Assembly: GCA_039096225.1 (NCBI GenBank)
Contig: JBBPEB010000007.1
Coordinates: forward strand, 186,001 to 250,000
Source: Blastocystis sp. Blastoise
Lineage: Eukaryota; Protista; Bigyra: Opalinata
Direction: 5' to 3'
Length of the DNA: 64,000 bases
The translations under genes were made by a program, and so were the position numbers. Positions 24,201-35,062 of this stretch are shown here, piece by piece (position 1 is the first letter of the stretch; each line of letters begins with the position of its first letter). The notes below the pieces were generated by a model. It did not search any database and was not told where the DNA came from. It saw only the letters and a program-made list of their open reading frames with translations.

Positions 24201-26348
24201 AAAAGATAATTTCTCTAAAAATAATCTCTTTTACTTATAACGAATAAATTCTATTAATGATAAATATTAAAATAAGACTCTAATTTTTTTGTTTATTATA
24301 TAAAGTAATAAATATCTTTTAATTATTAAGAGTACTTTTGTATTAATAATTCAAACTAAAATAAGTATAATAAAAGAAAAATTATAATATTTATCAAATA
24401 ATATCAAGATATCATTACTATATATATGAGAATAGGCAAAAAAATTCCCATTGGTCAGTTTTTGGAGAATGCATTTGATTGGCTACTATATACTATAGTT
24501 TGTCGCCGCAACTCCTCTAAACTTACGGGGAGTTAACTTTTGAGTGAAATACAGTTCAATACGATATAACGTGTAGTTGTGCACCGTATATTTAGTTAAG
24601 CGATATTATTTATAACTAAAAAGTTATTAATAAAAGAACAGAAAACATGATTTTTGAGTCGTTTTTGATTGGCTCTTTGGGATGACCCCGATAAAAATTG
24701 TTGACCAGACAATTGGAAAATAAACATGGGGTAAACTTGATTTTTTCTCAATCCCACAATATACGTTATCCGTGTTTATTCTTTATATTTATCTATTTTT
24801 TAATACTTTTTCATATTGAACACGTGAGGCCTTAACGGTCAAATTTAGATTCTTAATTTGACATCATATTCTGATTCAGGAGGTCAGAAAACCTAGGTGT
24901 AGCGATTTTGAGCTCCTGAAGACGATTTTTGAGTGATCGATATTTTCTTCGATCTTCTTATAATCGACTAATATTGTATCATAGTAATCAATAGGTCATC
25001 AAACTACTATAGTAGAAACAGAGTCTTAAAATAATGAGTTTAAGTATGACAATTTTGAAAAATGTGAATTAAGTGGTCTTAGAGTGAGAGATTCAATATA
25101 ATGACTTTTATTTAATAAACTAGAGATAATACTCTATACTATGTTAAAAGAAGAGTCAAAATTATGAAGGTCAAAGTGTATGACCAAATGACAAAATGTG
25201 TCTTAAAAAGAAAAAGGGTTTGCATATGTGTATAGAATGTTAAGTCAAGTTTATTCTATGAATAAGAGCTTTAAATAAATAGTTTAAGGTTGTCAAATTC
25301 AAAAGAATGTGTAAAACATAGTCTTAGACTATGAATAAAAAATTTAGAGATATTAATTAGTGTACAGCTGTAGTAGCTCTACAACATATCAAAAGTACAA
25401 AGAAAATAATTTTTAGAGAGTGGATGTGTGAGGTGTTGTGACTATTATTTAAAATTTATTTTTACTTCAGTTTGAGCAAAATCGTGAATTTCGTGCACTG
25501 TGGAAAAATTGAGTCAAAAGGTCAACTCTAAGGGTCTTAAATTTAAAAAAATGTAAAAATGAGTGACTTAGAGGACGAGATTCAAAATAAGAGCTTTTAT
25601 TCATTAAACTAGAGTGTATGATCTATATTATGTTAAAAGAAGGGACGAAAATATTTTGATCAAAGTGTATGACCAAATGGTAAAGTGTCTTTAAAAGTGT
25701 TATGATGATGACAGTTGTGTTTATATGTCTGAATCAAGTCTATTCTTTAAATATTAGCTTTAACTAATAAGTTAAAGGTTGTCAATTTGTCAAAATGTTT
25801 TAAAGACTATCTTAAACAAAGAGATTCAAGAAGTTGACTTTCATTTTATACATAATATGTCTATATAAACACTTTAACAAAAGAACTTTGGAAAATATTG
25901 TGGATGAGTGTTTTGTCAAATGGTAAAGTTGTATCAAGAGTGAATTGTTTCCATTCCTTTTTGTTTAAATCAATGTTTTATGTCCACTCTATAAAAACTA
26001 TCTTTTAATACTGAGTTTAACGTTTTAAAGTCAACATGTGTGTTTGGTTTGCTTACTTTTGAGAGTTGAAAATCAGTTTAAATTGATAAATTATGTCATA
26101 GACGTCTATATTAATTGATTCAAACAGTTTTGAGATGACTTAGTTGTTTGAGTTAAAATGGATTTGTTCTCATTGTGACTGTTGTTGAGAAGAGGAAGTC
26201 TAAAAAAACTATAAACAGTTAGATATATGTATATAATGTCAAAATTTAAAAGGTATAATCTAAAAGAGATAAAAATAAGTTTAAAAAAAGAGAAAATATA
26301 TATATATATATAATACGTAAAAAATATTAAAGAAAAAGAAAAATAAGA

Positions 26349-26415
26349 CTTCATGTCAGGAATTGAACCTGAAAACAATCTATAATGATTGTTTCTCTCC
26401 TTCTAGAGCATAAAG
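26349..26415 (-). ncRNA. tRNA-like structured RNA, copy A
   Basis: Minus strand: CTTTATG/CTCT-AGAAGG-AGAG/AAACAATC-ATTATA-GATTGTTT/TCAGG-TTCAATT-CCTGA/CATGAAG. Contains B-box GGTTCAATTCC, with an oligo-T shortly downstream. Confidence 0.65.
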
Positions 26416-26461
26416 GGAGTTTATAAATAATAATAATAATAATATATATATATATATATAA

Positions 26462-26875
26462 TAAGGAGGAAGTAGGAAGTAGGAAGTAGGAAGGAAGAAG
26501 GAAGAAGGAAGGAGGAAGTTTAAGAAGGAAGGATGAAGAAGTAAGAAGGAAGGATGAAGAAGAAGGAAGAAAGAAGGATGAGGAAGAAGGAAATAGGAAG
26601 AATCAAGGATGGGGAAGAAGAAAGAAGGAAGAAGGAAGGAGGAAGAAGAATGAAGAACCAAGGTGAAGAAGAAGGGAGAAGTAAGAAGTAAGTACGAAGA
26701 ATGAAGGAAGAATGAGGAAGAAGGAAGAAGGAGGAAGAAGTAAAGAATGAAAAGAAAGAAGGCAGAAAGAAGAAGGAAGAAGGAAGAAGAAGGAAGGAAG
26801 AATGAAGTAAGTAGGAAGGATGAGGAAGAAGGAAGAAGTAAGAAGGAAGAAGAACGAAGATAGAAAGAAGAAAAA
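26462..26875 (+). repeat. Purine-rich (GAA/GGAA) low-complexity tract
   Basis: Almost pure A/G for ~400 bp. Confidence 0.9.
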
Positions 26876-27780
26876 AAAAAACTAAGAAGAATATTAAACC
26901 TATATACAATAAATAAACATAATAAATAAATAAATAAATAAATAAATAATAAACAATAAATATATATATAAATATATATATATATAATTAATAAATAAAT
27001 AAACATATAAAAAAAATGAATAAATAAATAATAAATAAATAAATAAATAATAAAAAAAAATGTAAACAATAAATAATAAAAATAATAAATAAAATATAAA
27101 TATATACCTTTAAAATAACCTTGAACGACAGATTAAAGAAGGAAAATATTTAGCAACGAAGACCACAACACATCCATTGAAGTTTCTTTCCTATAGAATA
27201 AAAATTATTAATAATATATAGAATAAATTATATGTAAAGACTAAATAAATAATATTGATAATAAAAATAATAAATAATAAAAACGAATTAACAAAAAGAA
27301 AAACAGATCTTAAGAAATAAATAATATATTTATATACCTGAAACAAAGTAATCCATTACACACAACCAAGACCACTTCAAGAACCCTTCACTACCACAAC
27401 CAAGACAAATATAAAAGAATCCTATAGAAAAGTGTATTATTTTAAATAAATAAATATATACATACAAATATATATAAAAATAATAACTAAACAATATCAA
27501 ATAAATAAATAAAACATACTCAGTCAATCAATATAATTAAATATTTAAAAAAAGAGTAAAGAACTATGTTTTTTGGGTACCCAAAATGATTTTAAATAAG
27601 AATGACCCAATTATTACTTTAGTAAATAAATCAATGAAAAATTAAGGTTTTTTTTGATTTCTATTATGTTTAAAGAAGCATATTTTGAAAATAGACCCTA
27701 TTATATTTATTAATACAAATGAAATAGGATTCTTAAATACATATTCAAATACTTAATTGTATATTATATTATTAAATAAG

Positions 27781-29100
27781 ATGTCTAAAAACAACAAAAT
27801 GTCATCCAGGAGGAGGTCTGGAAATAAAAAATAATATATATTTCAAAGAAAATCAGGTATATTATATCTATTTGTTATTATTATTCATATTTAGGTTCTT
27901 CTACTCAATAAAATCCAGTTGTGTATGCTCTTGGTCTTGGTGGTACTTGCTATGATGGTCTTTAATGTATATATTTTTCCATTTCTTTTTTTTTTAAATT
28001 ATTTATTATATTATTTTAGGTTCTTCTATGCTATTTGAATTATGCAGTGGTGGTGGTGTTGCCTGTTATGCTAACTGTGAAGGTATGTTGTCAATGATTT
28101 GTTTTTATTTTTTTAACTTTTCTTTATTTATAGGTTCTTCTGTTGTTTTAAATGATGCTAATGGTTCTAATGATGTGATTGTAGGTTCTTCTTATTGTAT
28201 TGAAGGTATGTTGCCAATCATTTAATTTATTTTTATATTTTATTATTATTTTTTTATTATTTCTATATATATATATAGGTTCTTCAGTTGCTGTGCATGT
28301 AAACAGTGGTGTAGATGAAGATATCTGTGTAGTGTTGAAGGTATGTTGTCATTCATTTATTTTTCTTTTTTACTTTTATATATATTTAGGTTCTTCTGAT
28401 GTTTTCAATACTGCTGTTGATGTTGTTGGTGATCAGATAGACTGTTCCTATGGTATTAAAGGTATATATATATATTGTCATTCATTTATTATTATTATTT
28501 TTTTATTTATTATTTGTCTATTACTGTTTCTTTATAGGTTCTTTTATTGTTGTGTGTGTGGTTGCTGAAGGTGTTAATAATTAAGGTATGTCTATTTTTT
28601 TAATTTAATTTAGTTTATTTTTATTTATTATTTATATATAGGTCCTTCTATTCTGATCGAGTCTTCTATTATAGGTAATGAAAGGTATATACTTATTTCT
28701 TCCTTTCTTTTTTTTTTAATTTATTAATTATCTTATCATTATATATAGGTTCTTCAAGTCAGTTATGATATGATACTTATTTTTCTGTTCCTTCTTTAGA
28801 AGGTATATATATTTTTATTGTTTATATATTTTTTATTATTTATTATATATAGGTGTCTTTTCTAATAGGGGATCTTATCACCCTAATGTTGGCTTTTATT
28901 TTAATAATAAAAATATATCTAAAGGTATATATATATATATATATATATAACAAATATTTATATTTCTTTTAATATATATATCTATATATTTTATCTATAT
29001 AGTGATGGTGTAAATAGTTCTTTAATGCTGAAGGTATATATATATATATTTATCTTTTATTTCTATAGGTTCTTCTAATTTGGTTGGCATACTTAACATA
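27781..29100 (+). other. Tandem micro-exon array (11 units, mostly AG|GTTCTTC...AAG|GTAT); degenerate gene or spliced non-coding RNA
   Basis: Exon starts at 27895, 28020, 28134, 28279, 28390, 28538, 28642, 28749, 28853, 29003 and 29069, each between host-style TAG acceptors and GTAT donors. Confidence 0.65.
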
Positions 29101-30492
29101 TTATTTTATTTTTGTTTTGTTTTGTTTTGCTTTGTTTATTATTATTATTTTTTTTTTCACAGATAATATCTTTCTATTATCTGTTTTCTTAGTATTATTT
29201 ATTTATTTTTGTTTTGTTCGTTTTTTATAATTTTTATTGTGCTTACTATTAAGATAATTTTGAAATTAGTTAATGTTATTAGTATGTGGTCCTTAATATT
29301 GTTTTAATTTATAATAACATTCATTTATCACCTAATCTGATATAGACTAGCGATATAATTACATCAATGATTGAGTTATTATTAAGTTTTGTATTCTCCA
29401 CTTTCATTTATATATTTAATTATGTGTAAAATTTTAAGCAATAAGAAATGTGAAAAAATAGGTTATTAAATTAAGAGATTTAAAATTATAGAAATTGTTT
29501 AATATAGAACAACATGTACTCTACAACATATTAAAAAATAAGAGAATTTCATTTTTGACAAGTGAATTAAGAATGCGTTTGAGTTGTTCAGAAATTTTAA
29601 AGAGTAAGTCTATTCTTTTAAAATTGTGTTTTTGTTATACTATGAAAATTTTGACTTTTAAAAACAAGTTTAAAGGGATTATTTTTTTAAAATGTAGAAA
29701 TGAATTATCCAAAGGACGAGATTCAATATAAAACATTTTATTTATCAAACTATTATTTATAGTCTGAATTATATTAAAAGGAGGGACAAAAATACTCTTG
29801 ACAAAGTGTATGACCAAATGAAAAATGTTTATAAAGAGTGTCAAAATGGTAGCTAATGTATTGATAGAGTTATGTTGAGCATAGTGTTAAAATATAAGCT
29901 TTTTAAATTAACTATAAGTGTGTTAACTTTTCAAAATGTATAAAAAAGGGTCTTTAGGTCAGAGATTCAAGACATTCAACTATAAGTAATATATGAAATA
30001 ATGAGATCTATACTATGTGAAAGTTATGTCTAAAACTATTTTGATACACTGGATATCAAAATGGTGAAGTCTCTTTACAAGCGATATTGTTGACACTTTT
30101 ATGTATAGAAATGCTTTTTAGAGTGACTTTATTAATATTAATTCTAAAATTATGTGTTTAAGTCGTTAAAGTGAAAATGAATGTTGACTTTGTTGTGTTA
30201 GATTCGTTTTAGTTTTATGAAATGGTTAAAGAAAGTGTAAACTACCTTATTATAATCTATTTAAAATGATTTTACATAATAATGACTTTCAATACTTAAC
30301 ATTGTGACCCATTTCTAAATTTATTAGCTTTAGAAACTCCATAATAATTAAAGCAGTAACTCAACTATTTATAAATACAAAATATATTTTTAAAATAATA
30401 AATAACAAATATAATGATTCAAAAACGATTTCTTATTTTTTTTAAAGTATTGTTTTTAGTTTTTCAGATACTATTCAAAAGTAAATTTTAAT

Positions 30493-30560
30493 TCTTATAT
30501 CAGGAATTGAACCTGATTACAATCAATATATGATTGTAACTCTCCATATAGAGTATAAGA
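30493..30560 (-). ncRNA. tRNA-like structured RNA, copy B
   Basis: Minus strand: TCTTATA/CTCT-ATATGG-AGAG/TTACAATC-ATATATT-GATTGTAA/TCAGG-TTCAATT-CCTGA/TATAAGA. Confidence 0.68.
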
Positions 30561-30839
30561 AGTGTTAATAAAATACTATATATAATATATAATAAGTAAC
30601 ATATTATAGATAATAAGTAACATATTATAGATAATATTTAATAAATAATATATATTATATAATATATAGTAGATAATAAGGAAAGAAAGTGAATAAAAAC
30701 AAAACACTTATTATTCATTGCAGCCGCGGTCCGGTGCCGTTAGGCCCCGGACCTGCGGCGTGACCCTAGTATATATATATATATATTAATCTTTTAATAA
30801 TTTTTTTTTAATATTAATTCTCCTGATTGAATCAATAGT

Positions 30840-30907
30840 TTCTAGACTGTTCATGGTCAGTAACAATCGTTATTGGATTGTTATCAGGTTCAATTCCTGA
30901 TCTAGGA
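30840..30907 (+). ncRNA. tRNA-like structured RNA, copy C, in the hAT right arm outside element 2
   Basis: TTCTAGA/CTG-TTCATGGT-CAG/TAACAATC-GTTATTG-GATTGTTA/TCAGG-TTCAATT-CCTGA/TCTAGGA. Confidence 0.68.
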
Positions 30908-32581
30908 TCGTTTATTATGCTTATAGAATTTGTTTAGATTTCATACATTTATGTATATATTTTTTGTTCACTTTCTTTATATAATATATAGTGTGTTAAA
31001 CTATATAGTCAACTGTATATATTATAAGTCGTTCTCTTATCATTTCTTGAGATAACATTCTCAATGAGCAATGCATTGAACATTGCATGCACTTGTTACT
31101 GGCAATGTGAAATTCTTTTCATAGACTCATTATTGAGTACAACTACAAGCATAAATAAAATCTTAGTGATTTGAATAAGTTTCGTTATATGAATAAACTT
31201 GAAATCCATTTATAATTATTACATAATGCAAATAAATATAGTCAATTTTAATTTAGAATATGTTAAAACTCAATCAATATAGTCTTGAGTTAATTTTTAA
31301 TGCTTATATAAGTTTTTTAACAATGATCAACATGGTCAACTTCAAAATATGACTCTATCTTTCCATTAAATATTCATTAAATGCACTCTAATGGTTAAGG
31401 CTTAAGAAATGAATAAAATTAACTTTCTAGTTCTGATTCAAAATTAGAAAATGTTCAAATATATATATTTAAATGAAAACGATTTCATTTTTATTCTCAA
31501 TCAATATACATATAATAAGTTAAGCAACACATATATCGTATAATTCTTTAGAATGAAACAATTTAGACAATTGATTCTTTCAAAACTTATGGCATCTATT
31601 ATTCCTAATGATAACACTTCAACTAAGGATTATAAAACAAAGATAATTCAAACAACATTATAAAACACTTGGTTATGTTTATTTGATTTTCAGTCACATT
31701 AATCATGACTTAAAAAAGTGTCACAAAAGTGTCACAGCAAGTGTCACAAACATTCGGGAAGGCACTGAACAATATATATATTTAAAAAAAAAATATTTAT
31801 CATTTTTTTTTAATTTTCTGAAAGAATATATATTTTATAATTCTTCTAAATATATTAATCAAATATTTATTTAAAAAACAATAATGAGTTCAATTTTTAG
31901 TTGTGAATACTTCAGATATCATTTTATTATGGTTAAACCTATGAACTCAGTTCATTATAACATGTGAATTATTTTGTTTAGTAGAAAACGATTCGTTCTT
32001 ATTGTTTTATTATCACTCCAACATGTATAACAAAATCCACAAAATTAAATTACTATTCAAAGATAATAATAACCTGTCTTTTTCAACTATTATCATCTTT
32101 TAAAGGAAATAAATGCTGAAATATACTTCATCGGCTTAAAATTACAACTTAAATCATTTATAACTTTAAATTACACTTGATAGAAAATACTTGCTGAACA
32201 ATTTCTTTTAATTATAAAAAGAAATGTTATATTTTAAAAAAGAGTAATTGTATAAAAAATATTAATGTTCATTACTATTGAAATACTTGATAAAAAAGAA
32301 TCTAAAACGGAATTACTATGATATTTCATCATTTTTTCAGGTTCGTATGATAGTACAACTTTACTCTATATCATCTAATATCTTATATCAGTTTATAACA
32401 CGAACGTCTCAAATTATAAAAGCAAAGATTATTGTTTTAGATTATTTTCATATTTCTACGCAAAACTTTTGTTTAATCGTGTTTATCTCATTTTTTGTTC
32501 TTCAAAAACTCAATTTATATATTTTAATAGAAACTCTTTGAGCTTTTAGATATTTATTCATTTGAGATCTTATTCTAGAAA

Positions 32582-33737
32582 ATGTCAATTCAATGTATGA
32601 TATATACAATGACAATTAATTTTATTATTAGCAATTGTTATTGATAATGGGTCTGGGTTATGTAAGATCGGTTATTCTGGAGATGACGCTCCACGAAAAG
32701 TATTTCCTTGTGTTGTAGGACGTCCAAAGACTCCTGTTTATATGATAGGTATGGATTCAAAGGATCATTTTGTTGGAGATGAAGCTCAAAAAATGAGAGG
32801 TATTCTAGAGATGAGTCATCCTATTGAGCATGGTATGGTAACTAATTGGGATGATATGGAGAAATTATGGTATCATGCATTTTATAATGAGCTTCATGTT
32901 GCTCCTGATGAGCACCCTGTATTAATTACAGAGACTCCTATGAATTCGAAAGCGAATCGTGAGAAAATGACTCAAATTATGTTTGAATCATTTAATGTAC
33001 CTGCATTTTATACTAAAACTCAAGCAGTATTAGCTCTTTATGCTTCTGGACGAACTACTGCATGTGTGGTTGATTCTGGTGAAGGTGTAACACATATAGT
33101 ACCTATATATGAAGGTTATTCTCTTCCTCATGCTATAACACGTATTGATTTTGCTGGTAATGAATTAACAAAATATTTACAGACTTTAATGATTGAAAAA
33201 GGATATAATATGACATCAAATTCTGATATTGAGATTATTCGTGAAGTAAAAGAAAAGCTTTGTTATGTTGCTTTAGATTATTCTCTAGAATTAAAGAAAG
33301 CTTCTGAATCTTCTAATTTAGATAAATCTTATGAAATGCCTGATGGTAATATAGTTACATTAGATGATGAACGATTCCGTGTTCCTGAAATATTATTTAA
33401 TCCATCTCTTATAAATAGTGAATTTTCTGGTATACATAAAGCTACATTTGACTCTATTATTCGATCTGATTTAGATATACGTAGAGATTTATTTAATAAT
33501 GTAGTTTTATCTGGTGGTAATACTATGTTCCAAGGTATGGGTGAACGTATGCAAAAAGAACTTTCTTCTCTTGTTTCTTCTTCATTAAATGTCAAAGTAT
33601 TAGCATCTCCTGAACGTAAATATATGGTTTGGATTGGTGGTTCTATTTTATCTTCTTTATTTACATTTGCTTCTATGTGGATATCAAAAAGTGAATATGA
33701 TGAATCTGGTCCTTCTATTGTTCACAGAAAATGCTAA
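32582..33737 (+). CDS. act: Divergent actin paralog; 2 exons, intron after codon 4
   Basis: MSIQS|[21 protein letters not shown]...VGDEAQ...HPIEHG...EAP-like ETPMN...SIVHRKC*; ORF 32742-33737. Confidence 0.93.
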
Positions 33738-35062
33738 TCAGTTGAATTCATATGTTATTAAACTATTAGGTTCATTTAAATTATTAAATAAATGTATTAT
33801 TAATTATTGTTTTTTTTGTCAACAAACATACTTTTCTTCTTTTTTTGTATAAACAAATTTTTTATTTCTTATATATATTATTATCGTATACAATAGTCAA
33901 ATGTCTTGTTTTTATACTTTTAATTTTTTATTTATATATATATATATTCTATTTGTTTGGTCTTCAATAGTATAGGTATGAATTAGAAAATTTGATTCTA
34001 CAGGAGTCCAATTTCAAAGAGTTTTAAATAGAAAATTATTGGAAGTTTAGATAGTTTCAACACGTGCGTTATTGTATACATATTTAAATACTTTTTGACT
34101 TCTTTTTCTTCATGTTAACAAAGATGAGTATATAAAATAGTGTTTTATCTTATATATTCTAGAGTTTCTAAGTAAATTTGAAACGAAATGGAATTGTATC
34201 GCAACATATGTCTTATTTTTTAAGAATTTGAATAGTAAAATCATGTATAGATGGAGTTGAGTCTATTGTATTTGCTGATTTTAAGTCATTTAATAAATGA
34301 TATACATTTGATCATTCTAATTTGAATAATTTAAACTTGATTCGTATCCTATTTAAAGTTTGCTTAATGTTTATATATTATATATGTTAAAATTATTACA
34401 AAAACTTTATTTTTTTCTTAATCAACTAAAAGAATGTTCTTTATTTATTGGAATAAACTCTTCTTCTTTGCCAAGTATGATTTTGTAAGTGACAGAAATT
34501 AGTTTTTTTAAATAAGCAAAAAAAAAAAGTGAATAAAAATGAATTCATTATTTTAGAAAAGAAAAATTTATTGTTTATTCAATAGATCCCCTAATTTTAT
34601 GTTTAATTTGATATAAAAAAAAGAAAACAACATATGTAAAAGTGATATATAAGAAGGAATATATCCTAATTTTGAGATTTTTCTATGAATCTCAATATGA
34701 ACATGTGATGAGAATTGTCAAGTAGAAAATAATAGAGTTTCAAAATAAAATAAAAAAGAGAGAAATTTCCAGGAAATATAGAAAATACAGAGATTCTTCG
34801 TTATATCTTTTATACCCCCTGGTAAGAATTCATTTTGTATAGAGATTTCTATAATAAAAAGTCAATTTTTCAAGACGAAGACCCCAGGGATAAGGATCCT
34901 GTAAGGTCATTTATCTGTGTTTTTATACTATGATAATAAAGGTGAATAAATGTGTTTATCTTGATCACTAAACAAAAATGATAATAAAAATTAATATTTT
35001 ATCTAAATTTAAATAGGTAGTTCATATATTCTTTAGCCTAGTTTTATAATTTAAGTTCTAAA

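Larger units (their letters stand above)
25360..30560 (+). repeat. Diverged ~1.05-kb direct repeats (~25360-26415 and ~29500-30560) flanking the micro-exon cargo, each ending in a tRNA-like sequence
   Basis: Shared motifs CTCTACAACATAT, GGACGAGATTCAA, AAAGTGTATGACCAAATG and TCAGGAATTGAACCTGA at a constant offset of ~4141-4144 bp. Confidence 0.75.
21310..30769 (+). mobile_element. Non-autonomous Helitron-like element 2 (~9.5 kb) carrying cargo, just after the transposase stop codon
   Basis: Same 5' end as element 1 (ATATCCTTAATTTAGTTCATGTAGCGTACGG...). The 3' end is a strong GC hairpin GCCGCGGTCCGG..CCGGACCTGCGGC (30723-30759) followed by CTAG|T (30766-30769), the canonical Helitron terminus. 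A^T target in a TA-rich site; no Rep/helicase ORF. May be a composite of more than one element. Confidence 0.75.
10041..31767 (+). mobile_element. hAT-superfamily DNA transposon, 21.7 kb including two nested insertions (~7.7 kb without them)
   Basis: Left TIR CAGTGCCTTCCC 10041-10052; right TIR GGGAAGGCACTG 31756-31767; identical 8-bp flanks AACAATAT (10033-10040, 31768-31775); TGTCACA subterminal motifs at both ends; internal hAT transposase. Confidence 0.93.

Noticed and set aside
26380-27069. 229-aa and 129-aa F/L/S-rich minus-strand ORFs
   Set aside because: Products of the purine/pyrimidine low-complexity tract, with no domain signal.
27895-29100. CRISPR-like repeat-spacer array
   Set aside because: Eukaryotic context; the constant parts are splice-site/intron sequences of variable length, and there are no cas genes.
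26349-30907. Calling the three cloverleafs ordinary tRNA genes
   Set aside because: No conserved 7-nt anticodon loop, an 8-bp third stem, and no U8-A9 linker or variable loop.
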